The notes beneath the pieces were generated by a model. The model searched no databases and was not told the DNA's origin. It worked only from the letters and a program-made list of their open reading frames with translations. A program made the position numbers and the translations under genes. A stretch of DNA of 64,000 bases, taken from the NCBI GenBank assembly GCA_049792735.1, contig JBARBE010000047.1, positions 57,359 through 121,358 on the forward strand. The letters run 5' to 3'. The stretch comes from Candidatus Acidiferrum sp. GTDB taxonomy: Bacteria > Acidobacteriota > Terriglobia > Acidiferrales > UBA7541. Positions within the stretch are counted from its first letter, which is position 1, and every line of letters starts with the position of its first letter. This document shows positions 9,335-17,102 of this stretch, in pieces.

Positions 9335-10139
9335 CCTGCATCGGGAGTTAGCTCCCATCTCTGACGCAGCATGGGCGCAGATCGAGGAAGAAACGACCAG
9401 GACGCTCAAGCGTTATCTCGCCGGACGACGGGCTGTTGATGTTCCTTCGGCGGGAGGAATCGCGTTGCCGGGAGTTGCGACCGGCCACCTGCGGCCGATT
9501 GCAGCTCCTGCAGATGGCGTCCTCGCGAGACAACGAGAGGTGAAGCCTCTCGTGGAGTTGCGCGTGCCCTTCGAGCTATCGCGTCAGACCATCGACGACG
9601 TAGAGCGTGGATCAGATGACTCCGATTGGCAGCCTGCAAAAGAGGCCGCGAAGAGAATTGCGTTTGCCGAAGATCGCGCCATTTTCAACGGATACCACGA
9701 CGCAGGTATACAAGGCATTCGGGAAGGCACAAGTAATCCCATTGAGACGCTTCCTGCGGATGTGCGTGAATATCCGGATGCTGTATCACACGCATTGAGC
9801 CAGCTACGTCTGGTCGGCGTGAACGGACCCTACTCGGTGTTGCTCGGAGCCAATGAGTATACGGCGCTCGCCGAAACCCGAGATCAAGGTTACCCCGTCC
9901 TTGAGCACGTTAAGCGCATCGTCGACGGCAATCTGATCTGGGCTCCGGCGATCGAAGGTGCGTTCGTCCTGACCACGCGCGGCGGCGATTTCGAGCTGAA
10001 CATCGGGCAGGATGTTTCCATCGGCTACCTCAGCCACACCGATTCCGTGGTAAGGCTGTATCTTCAGGAGACGTTTGTTTTTCGCGTGCTCACAAGCGAA
10101 GCGTCTGTTGCGTTGTCGCCGACACAGAAGTCTTCGTAA
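9327..10139 (+). CDS. Family 1 encapsulin shell protein (linocin M18 / Cfp29-like)
   Basis: 270 aa. MNNLHRELAPISDAAWAQIEEE...DGPYSVLLGANEYT...FVLTTRGGDFEL...VRLYLQETFVFRVL aligns by eye along its full length with mycobacterial Cfp29-type encapsulins. Confidence 0.92.
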   Translation: MNNLHRELAPISDAAWAQIEEETTRTLKRYLAGRRAVDVPSAGGIALPGVATGHLRPIAAPADGVLARQREVKPLVELRVPFELSRQTIDDVERGSDDSDWQPAKEAAKRIAFAEDRAIFNGYHDAGIQGIREGTSNPIETLPADVREYPDAVSHALSQLRLVGVNGPYSVLLGANEYTALAETRDQGYPVLEHVKRIVDGNLIWAPAIEGAFVLTTRGGDFELNIGQDVSIGYLSHTDSVVRLYLQETFVFRVLTSEASVALSPTQKSS

Positions 10140-10240
10140 ACGTGTTCTGCATGATCTGGCTGGGTTGAGGAATCGCCCGGAGACGTCTGAATTCATCGCC
10201 GACGTATCAACATCCACGCGGCTCGGCGATTCGTAAGAAT

Positions 10241-10267
10241 AAGCGGGCGAGCCATGTAAACCGGATT
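10241..10267 (+). repeat. Orphan copy B (more decayed) of the RNase P RNA 3'-terminal segment
   Basis: aagcgggcgagccAtgtaaAccggatt. Relative to copy A it has one inserted base and one substitution. Same strand. Confidence 0.6.
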
Positions 10268-10889
10268 GTCCGGGCAGTTTCTTACTTTCAGTAAATTACA
10301 TTGAATCAACCGACGCAGTCTGTCAATCAAGTCAGTCTGGGCATCAACGATAGGTTACCCGGCACAGTTGTTACACAACATCTGACAGCAATGGTCATCA
10401 GTGGTTCGAGATACTCCCGATCGCGGCCGTCCCCGGAGAGCCCGGCTTATCCCACGTGGCTAAATAATGTGTGATCCTCTGTAGATAAATCTCCGGTCAC
10501 CCGAAGCTTTCCGGGTGTTCTCGAACGTGGCCTTGGCAATTGGCCAGAACGGGACGAACATTCCTGGAACCACAAATACCACTTGGACTCTCCGTCAGTC
10601 TGTTCCAAAGGACACAGGTAAGCGTTCTGCGTCATCGTGCTCGCCACGCTGAATATGGCATCGACGAGCTCCGAAGTGGATTTACGCCCCGAGGGAGGTG
10701 GCCCACGAATGCTGTCTCCAGGTTCGGCGGCTTCCTCGCAAAATGGACCCGGTGCGCTATTTTGAACAGCCAGGTGTTGAGAATCTTCTTATCTTGAGAT
10801 GACCTCGGAATTCGGCAGTGAAACCGTACTTGAGAAAGACACCCGTCGCCGAGGAAGCTCAAGATGAATTTCACTCTTAGGAGGAATGA

Positions 10890-11045
10890 ATGGCTACCAA
10901 CAATCCAAAGAAATGCGCTCATCCAAACTGCTCGTGCACGGCGATGGCCGGAAAGTACTGCAGCGTGCAGTGCGAAACGATGGAAAAAACGCCGGACATC
11001 GAATGCAAATGCGGCCACCCAGTGTGCAAAGGGAAAATAGATTAG
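10890..11045 (+). CDS. Small Cys-rich protein, bacterial metallothionein-like (SmtA/BmtA-type pattern)
   Basis: 51-aa ORF below the track cutoff: MATNNPKKCAHPNCSCTAMAGKYCSVQCETMEKTPDIECKCGHPVCKGKID. It has 9 Cys and 2 His, and an AGGAGG sits 6 nt upstream of the ATG. The pattern KCA..C.C...YCS..C...C.CGH..C resembles cyanobacterial SmtA. Confidence 0.6.
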   Translation: MATNNPKKCAHPNCSCTAMAGKYCSVQCETMEKTPDIECKCGHPVCKGKID

Positions 11046-11109
11046 AACCCCCGTGCGTTCCAGCGGCTGCGCGTTGTCAAAGATATCGGATTTTGAGAGG
11101 AGCTATCCA

Positions 11110-11289
11110 ATGAAGCCAAGTATCCAAGATGAAGCAGAGGGAAAGTTTCACGACTTGAAGGGGAAAGTGAAGAAAAAGGCAGGGCAGCTTACGAATGATC
11201 CGGATCTGGAGGCCGAAGGCCAAGCTGAAGAGATAAGCGGGAAAGTTCAGGAAAAAGTCGGACAAGTAAAGAAAGTTCTCGGCAAATAA
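11110..11289 (+). CDS. CsbD-family general stress protein
   Basis: 59 aa: MKPSIQDEAEGKFHDLKGKVKKKAGQLTNDPDLEAEGQAEEISGKVQEKVGQVKKVLGK. A GAGAGGAG Shine-Dalgarno sequence lies upstream of the internal ATG. Confidence 0.85.
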   Translation: MKPSIQDEAEGKFHDLKGKVKKKAGQLTNDPDLEAEGQAEEISGKVQEKVGQVKKVLGK

Positions 11290-11394
11290 AAACGGTTCCG
11301 CGCGGAAAAGGCTGGACCTATCGAGCATCCGCCCGGAACGCGCAGTGCAACCGGGACGAGAGTCAAGAGTATTGCAAACTGAGAGGAGCTTGAA

Positions 11395-11550
11395 ATGTTA
11401 CTGCTAATTATTGTTTTGTTGCTGCTGTTCGGTGGCGGAGGCGGCTATTACGGATACTCAAGATGGGGCGGTCGCGGCGGCATCGGGATCGTCGGCATTG
11501 TGCTCATCATTTTTGTGGTTGTCTACCTGTTCGGCGGTCTTCGGATCTAG
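11395..11550 (+). CDS. Small Gly-rich membrane protein (DUF3309-like)
   Basis: 51 aa: MLLLIIVLLLLFGGGGGYYGYSRWGGRGGIGIVGIVLIIFVVVYLFGGLRI. GAGAGGAG lies upstream. Not in the ORF track (under 60 aa). Confidence 0.6.
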   Translation: MLLLIIVLLLLFGGGGGYYGYSRWGGRGGIGIVGIVLIIFVVVYLFGGLRI

Positions 11551-11890
11551 GCGAGTCGACCACGCATTTATCGTGTGCTGAAAAATGGGAATCAGGGAGG
11601 CGAGTCGTGGAGATCTCTATCCACTTAGATCATTTAGCAACGTGGAACGAAATCCGCGAGGCACTAGCATGCGCCTCCCGCGATGCTCTGGAACTAGTGC
11701 GCCGTCAAGATGCTGACCTCGAATTGCAAGTTGACATTTGCGGCGGCACGGACCCCCTTAGCGAGGAACTTGCGTGGTGGCGCCTTGCCAACGAGGCGCA
11801 GGAGTCCAGGCCGAACTGATCCCACGGCAAGAATGGAATTTGCGTGTTCCCGAATTCGACAACGAAGTTGTTCCCTTGAAAGGAATTGTT

Positions 11891-12094
11891 ATGCCACGAG
11901 ATTCCCACCAAAGAGCGGCTGAGTTCCACGAAATGGCGGCGCACGCTCATCGCGCAGCCGCGGTGCACCACGGTAAAGAGGATCACTTGAGCGGCCACGA
12001 GCATTCCAAGCAAGCATTGGAACACGCGGCCAAAGCTTTCCAGTCTTCGCAAGAAGCACATCAGAAATCCGAGAAGACCTGCGGGAAGCAATAA
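11891..12094 (+). CDS. Small His/Ala-rich helical protein, function unknown
   Basis: 67 aa from the internal ATG: MPRDSHQRAAEFHEMAAHAHRAAAVHHGKEDHLSGHEHSKQALEHAAKAF... The N-terminal extension in the track has no support. Confidence 0.5.
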   Translation: MPRDSHQRAAEFHEMAAHAHRAAAVHHGKEDHLSGHEHSKQALEHAAKAFQSSQEAHQKSEKTCGKQ

Positions 12095-12293
12095 AGAATT
12101 AGCCAGTTTCCCGACGGCACATAGCGTGTCGCGTGCGTTTCTGAACAGACACGAGCCGGAAATTCCCTTAGCGTCGACCGAGTGGAATTTCGACCCAGAA
12201 AGTCTTGCGCTATTTTGCCACGCTGATTTTCTCGATCAGTACGGCAATCGCGCGAGATCAATCTAAATATGTGGTTACAACAAAAGGAGAAAC

Positions 12294-12842
12294 ATGAAAT
12301 CCAACATACTATCCGGCGCTTTGCTCACGGTGCTCGCCGTCGGGACATTTTCGGGGTGCTCCAGCACACCAACGCAATCGGCGGACGTGACCGAACCCAT
12401 CCGTCAGTCTCTGACTCAAGCGGGGCTAAAGGATGTCAGCGTCAGCCAGGACCGCGATAAAGGTGTCGTGACCCTGACGGGGACGACGACTTCGGACGCG
12501 GATAAAGCGCAAGCGGAATCCATCGCCCGATCCGTTGCCGGCACGCAGGTGATTTCTGACCAGATAGCCGTGCGCCCTCCCGGCGGGGAAAGCATCGCCA
12601 GGAAAGTCGACTCCGATCTCGATGAAGGTATCGGGAAAAACTTCGACGCGATACTGCTGCAACACAAACTCGATAGCGACGTGAAGTACGACGTCAAAAA
12701 CGGCGTGATCACGTTAACGGGACATGTAAACTCGCAGACGAGGCGCGATTCGGTGGAGCATCTGGCGGCGGGCGTACCGAACGTTAAGCAGGTCGTGAAT
12801 GAATTGGAAGTAAGGGATCAGAAGGCCAGTTCAACAGATTAA
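12294..12842 (+). CDS. BON-domain lipoprotein (OsmY-like, two BON domains)
   Basis: Signal peptide plus lipobox (VGTFSGC). Two BON-like units are present (GVVTLTGTTTSDADKAQAESIARSVAGTQVISDQIAV and GVITLTGHVNSQTRRDSVEHLAAGVPNVKQVVNELEV). Confidence 0.85.
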   Translation: MKSNILSGALLTVLAVGTFSGCSSTPTQSADVTEPIRQSLTQAGLKDVSVSQDRDKGVVTLTGTTTSDADKAQAESIARSVAGTQVISDQIAVRPPGGESIARKVDSDLDEGIGKNFDAILLQHKLDSDVKYDVKNGVITLTGHVNSQTRRDSVEHLAAGVPNVKQVVNELEVRDQKASSTD

Positions 12843-13485
12843 GAGTCTCGCGCAACCCTGCCCCGATGCACCAAGCTCGGCGTTCGTGGCTTGACTTCGT
12901 CGTTACGCGTCAGACGACGGAGTCAGAGTCCTCGGGAGAGAGAAGGGACCATCAGGCGCGCAATCGGTCGGGCGATTGCCAACTCGGACTCTGGTCCCCT
13001 CGTCGTGAGGGTACGAACCAATAGAAGGTCTCGTCAGTAGAACTCGGTCCAGGACCCAGGCTAGGGCAGGCAAGCTAAGCGGCACTCGCCGATCGAAGAT
13101 TCGATTTCTCGGAACCGAATTCTTGGAACGGCGAGGAGGTGAAAAGAACTCGGTCCAGCCTTGCTTTCCTGTCCTTCACATCCTCTCTCGCCGCTTGTGC
13201 AGGGATCGTAGTACCACTCAAAACGAGTGCCTGTTTCAATTTGTACATCCTCGCGCGCGGCACAATATCTATGGTCGCGTGCGCCGACGTGAATAGATCG
13301 AAACCCCAGCGTTCACTTAATCTCAGGAGATATCTGCCAGCCCGCGGGGTGTGCGATACGGAACATTCCACGGGACCGCTCGAGAGCAAACTCTCTGGCA
13401 GATGAGAAATAAGTGTTCCATTTCTTGGCCTAAGGAGACCTCCAAAACACCTGCGAGTTATCTTCAAAAACAGAGAGGACAATTG

Positions 13486-14139
13486 ATGTCCAATGCGCCG
13501 GCGCACAGCAACAGGATAGGGGAAGAAGAGCTAATACAAGCGGGGCAGCGCGGCGACTTGCAAGCACTCAACGTCCTCTTCCGCCGCCATCACCGATCGC
13601 TTTTCCATTCGGCCCTGAACGTCATGGGAAACCACGAAGACGCAGAAGATGCTTTACAGGACGGTTTGCTCTCGGCCTTTCGGAACCTAAGAAGATTTGA
13701 GGGCCGTTCACAATTCTCGACGTGGCTCACACGAATCGTGATCAATGCTGCTCTGATGCGCCGCCGAAGCATGGCGGCGCGACCGGCCGCGTCGCTTGCC
13801 GAACAACAAAGCGGCAATGAAATTCCGGTCACAGAGCAACTGGTTTCCAAGAGCCAGACGCCCGAGCAACAACTCGGCCGGCTTGAAATTTTGGGGATGT
13901 TCAAGAACCACGTCGAGCAGCTTTCCCCCCTGCTTCGCGCGGTTTTTGTCTTGCGGATGGTGCGGGAGTGCACAACGAATGAGGCCGCGAAGATACTAAG
14001 AGTGCCGGAAAATACAGTGAAAGCCAGGCTGTGGCGCGCGCGCCGTGAACTGGCCAAGAGCCTGACCCGGACCTGTTTCCGTGGTGTGAATGCATCCCCG
14101 ACACCTCCCCCTCGATTTGAACCGCCTGCCGCAGATTGA
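13486..14139 (+). CDS. ECF-type sigma-70 family RNA polymerase sigma factor
   Basis: Region 2 (DAEDALQDGLLSAFRNLRRFEGRSQFSTWLTRIVINAALMRRR) and region 4 (TNEAAKILRVPENTVKARLWRARREL) are recognisable. The ATG at 13486 follows GAGAGGA. No adjacent anti-sigma gene was seen. Confidence 0.85.
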   Translation: MSNAPAHSNRIGEEELIQAGQRGDLQALNVLFRRHHRSLFHSALNVMGNHEDAEDALQDGLLSAFRNLRRFEGRSQFSTWLTRIVINAALMRRRSMAARPAASLAEQQSGNEIPVTEQLVSKSQTPEQQLGRLEILGMFKNHVEQLSPLLRAVFVLRMVRECTTNEAAKILRVPENTVKARLWRARRELAKSLTRTCFRGVNASPTPPPRFEPPAAD

Positions 14140-14256
14140 TCTTGCGACTGTTCCTTTGGTGTCCCCTTCCGCACTGATGTGTGCATTCCGGTACAGTTCC
14201 TTTGGGAAGAGCCTGCTAAGCTCACAGCAAAGCGCTCGACAGGAACAGAGGAAGAC

Positions 14257-14907
14257 ATGAAACGCAATCACAAGAAGTCTACAACCCTAACGGGCTTTGG
14301 AACCGGCACTAGCCTGGGCGGGAAAATTTCGCAGTTTAGAAGTAAACAAAACATTTACAAGCAAGGCGCGCGGGCATACACGCTTTTCTACATTCAAGAA
14401 GGCGGGGTGAGGCTCACCACCCGAACGAACTCCCAAGCTGCGGCAGTTACGGCAATTCTGGGCGTCCATGATTTTTTCGGCGAGCTCTGCCTTGCAGGCT
14501 ATCCGCTTCGGCTGTCCACGGCAGTTGCATTGACCGCCAGCTCGATTCGCACTATCAATAAAGCAAAAATGCTGGAGATGCTTCGCAAAAAGAACAAAAC
14601 GTCGAACGCGCTGGTGGCCTACCTGCTATCCAGCGTAAAGAGCTACAGCGATCACGTGGCGAATTTGCTGACGTCCTCCGCGGAACATCGGCTGGCGCGC
14701 GTACTGTTGAGGCTGGCGCACCTGGATAAGAACGGGCGACCGGTTACTGAAATTCCTTTTTTGAGTCATCAGGTTCTGGCGGAAATGGTGGGGACAACGC
14801 GCTCACGCGTGAATCTCTTCATGAATCGATTCCGCAGAAAGGGATACATCGATTACGATGGTGGATTAGAGGTGCGCCAATCGTTGCGCAAGGCTCTACG
14901 AGGTTAG
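14257..14907 (+). CDS. Crp/Fnr family transcriptional regulator
   Basis: Has a cNMP-binding beta-barrel (LFYIQEGGVRLT, FFGELCLAG) and a C-terminal HTH (SHQVLAEMVGTTRSRVNLFMNRFRRKGYI). Confidence 0.85.
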   Translation: MKRNHKKSTTLTGFGTGTSLGGKISQFRSKQNIYKQGARAYTLFYIQEGGVRLTTRTNSQAAAVTAILGVHDFFGELCLAGYPLRLSTAVALTASSIRTINKAKMLEMLRKKNKTSNALVAYLLSSVKSYSDHVANLLTSSAEHRLARVLLRLAHLDKNGRPVTEIPFLSHQVLAEMVGTTRSRVNLFMNRFRRKGYIDYDGGLEVRQSLRKALRG

Positions 14908-15024
14908 GGATTATCTGTAACCTACTGAACCTTAAGGGATTGTTGAAGTCTAAGCAAAATCAGCCGCCGCCGGGCTGGCCGAGGCGAAGTGTTCAATATT
15001 GCACAGTTTTAGGTATCGCCTTTT

Positions 15025-15756
15025 GTGCTACTGTCGAGCATGTTGCCTTCTCCGATTCGACGTGTATCTGGCCCATCCTCCCCTGGAGCGACTCGTAAAA
15101 CACAACCTGTGATTGCAGCATTCGATGTGGAATTGTTTCTGGACTCGGCCGGCCTCGGTAGAAAAGTAGATAACTTTGAAGCCAAAGAAACGGTCTTCGC
15201 GCAGGGCGATCCCGCGACGAGTGTAATGTACATTCAACTGGGGGGCGTGAAGCTGACGGTAGTCAATGAATCCGGCAAAGAAGCAGTAGTAGCAATTCTC
15301 GGGCCCGGAGATTTTTTTGGAGAGGGATGCCTTGCAGGTCAATCCGTCTCCGTGGCCACAGCGACCACGATCGCACCGACCACCGTGCTCGTCATTGCGA
15401 AAGAGAAGATGATTCAGGTACTCCACAACGAAAGCAAGTTCTCCGATCGCTTTATAGCTTATATGCTGGCACGTAACCTGCGGGTTGAGGAGGATTTGAT
15501 CGACCAACTCTTCAACTCGAGCGAAAAACGGCTGGCGCGGACGCTTTTGCTGCTCGCACGTTATGGCGCTCGAGGGCAGCCTGAAAAGATACTTCCCAAA
15601 GTATCTCAAGAGCTGCTGGCAGAGATGATTGGCACGACCCGGTCCCGGGTCAACTTTTTTATGAACAAATTCAAAAAACTGGGTTTTATCCAATACAGCA
15701 ACAACCATGCGATCCACATCGATCCGTCCTTACTGAATATCGTCTTGCACGACTAA
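15025..15756 (+). CDS. Crp/Fnr family transcriptional regulator (paralogue)
   Basis: Contains VMYIQLGGVKLT, FFGEGCLAG and the HTH SQELLAEMIGTTRSRVNFFMNKFKKLGFI. The start is either GTG at 15025 or ATG at 15040. Confidence 0.85.
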   Translation: MLLSSMLPSPIRRVSGPSSPGATRKTQPVIAAFDVELFLDSAGLGRKVDNFEAKETVFAQGDPATSVMYIQLGGVKLTVVNESGKEAVVAILGPGDFFGEGCLAGQSVSVATATTIAPTTVLVIAKEKMIQVLHNESKFSDRFIAYMLARNLRVEEDLIDQLFNSSEKRLARTLLLLARYGARGQPEKILPKVSQELLAEMIGTTRSRVNFFMNKFKKLGFIQYSNNHAIHIDPSLLNIVLHD

Positions 15757-15993
15757 ACCACCGCTGGGGAAGCAGGAAATCCGAAAGAAGCTCGTCAAAC
15801 GAATTTACCAGGTTGCTTGCCGTCCGCTTCTTTGATCCCGCCGAGTACTTGAAAAGGCGAGGGAGCGGCGAGAAGAGCTACTCTCGAGGGTAAAGTGCGA
15901 GTCGGGGAGCTGGGAGGTCCGCGACAGTGTTTCGGAAAATGTTCCCGAAGGGAGTCCGGCAGTGCGCGCCCTCGAAGGAAAGGATTTCGTCAA

Positions 15994-16821
15994 TTAGCTC
16001 GCTGACTTCGCGGCTGTCGTTTCCATGAAGCCGAGCATGGCCTGCTTTAATTGCGAATCCACCTCGTCGGCGATGGTCATCACGTCGAGCAGAACGGTGC
16101 TGAAATCCACGCTGGCAAGATTGTTTTGCAGAGTATTAAAGATGCTGACCTGCAGAATTCGAGATTCTTCCACGACCATAGGGACGGTGTAGCCCTGCTT
16201 GCGACGGAGAAGTCCATGCTCTCGCGCGGCGCGGGAGATAGGAGATTCGGCTTCGGGTGGAAGACGAAGGCGACGCACGAGGTCGTTCAGGAGGAGCGGG
16301 AGATGGCCAGTACGTTCCTGGTAGGTCAAAGAAATAGCGGTGAGTTCGTCGGTGTGATCGACGCGGGACATCCACATCTGTATGGTTGCATCCAAATCGC
16401 GTTCCAGGATGGCTGCGACGCGTTCTTTGTTCATAGCGGTATGAGCCGGAGGATTCGAGAGCTTCTTTCTAATAATTTCCGTGATTTCGCCGAAGCCGAT
16501 GGGTTTCACAAGAACTTGGTCGGCCTGCAGGAGGATGGCTGTCATGGCCGCTTGGAGGACGGGGTAGTTGCTGAGCACGAGCGTTAGAGCGTCGGGTTGA
16601 GCATGTCGCATGGCATTGACGACAGTGAACCCATCGGAGGCATCTGGCATGTGCAGGTCGGAAAGCAGAATGTCGAAGTGTTCGGTAGAGATGAGTCGCA
16701 GGGCTTCGCTTACCGAAGCGGCAGGCGCCACCTCAAAGCCGTGGCTTTCCAATCCCTCCTGATACGTAATCCGGACGTCTTCTTTGTCTTCCGCAAGCAG
16801 AATTCTAGATTTTTTTATCAC
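15994..16821 (-). CDS. Response regulator: receiver plus ~150-aa helical C-terminal domain of unclear function
   Basis: The receiver shows RILLAEDKEDV, ILLSDLHMPD and VKP. The C-terminal part (ERVAAILERDLDATIQMWMSRV...HLPLLLNDLVRRL) resembles RsbRD_N-type sensor-kinase N-terminal domains from memory. There is no DNA-binding motif. Confidence 0.8.
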   Translation of the reverse strand: MIKKSRILLAEDKEDVRITYQEGLESHGFEVAPAASVSEALRLISTEHFDILLSDLHMPDASDGFTVVNAMRHAQPDALTLVLSNYPVLQAAMTAILLQADQVLVKPIGFGEITEIIRKKLSNPPAHTAMNKERVAAILERDLDATIQMWMSRVDHTDELTAISLTYQERTGHLPLLLNDLVRRLRLPPEAESPISRAAREHGLLRRKQGYTVPMVVEESRILQVSIFNTLQNNLASVDFSTVLLDVMTIADEVDSQLKQAMLGFMETTAAKSAS

Positions 16822-17102
16822 CGGTTGGGCCTTTCAAAAGGAACTAGAGTTTCGACGTGTGGTCATTCAGTGGGAGAATCAGGACGAATTGGAGTTCCGA
16901 CGAGCATTCTCCGCGGACTGTGGCGGGTGGGGCAATTCTATGGACGTCGAAAATGCTCGGCGACCTTTTCGATGCTATCCCTGTTGAGGCGAAGGCCGTT
17001 GACGTCGGGGTGGGATCGCCCCATTTTCCGCGGACAGACTACGTGATTGATGCTATCTCGTATGAGAAACTTGGAATTGGATCACGATATTCGGAAGATT
17101 GA

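Noticed and set aside
10447-10800. Possible degraded ECF sigma-factor gene on the minus strand (ILNTWLFKIAHRV resembles region 2).
   Set aside because: Only one short motif-like stretch is present. The frame breaks and no region-4 HTH is recognisable. This is not distinguishable from chance by eye.
13139-13405. 88-aa + strand ORF with a lipoprotein-like N-terminus (SSLAAC).
   Set aside because: The GGAGG overlaps the GTG start, so there is no spacer. The rest of the sequence shows no recognisable family. I keep it only as a possibility.
13075-13506. 143-aa minus-strand ORF upstream of, and overlapping, the sigma-factor start.
   Set aside because: It has no motif, an Arg/Ser-rich composition, and it overlaps the sigma gene's Shine-Dalgarno and start region.
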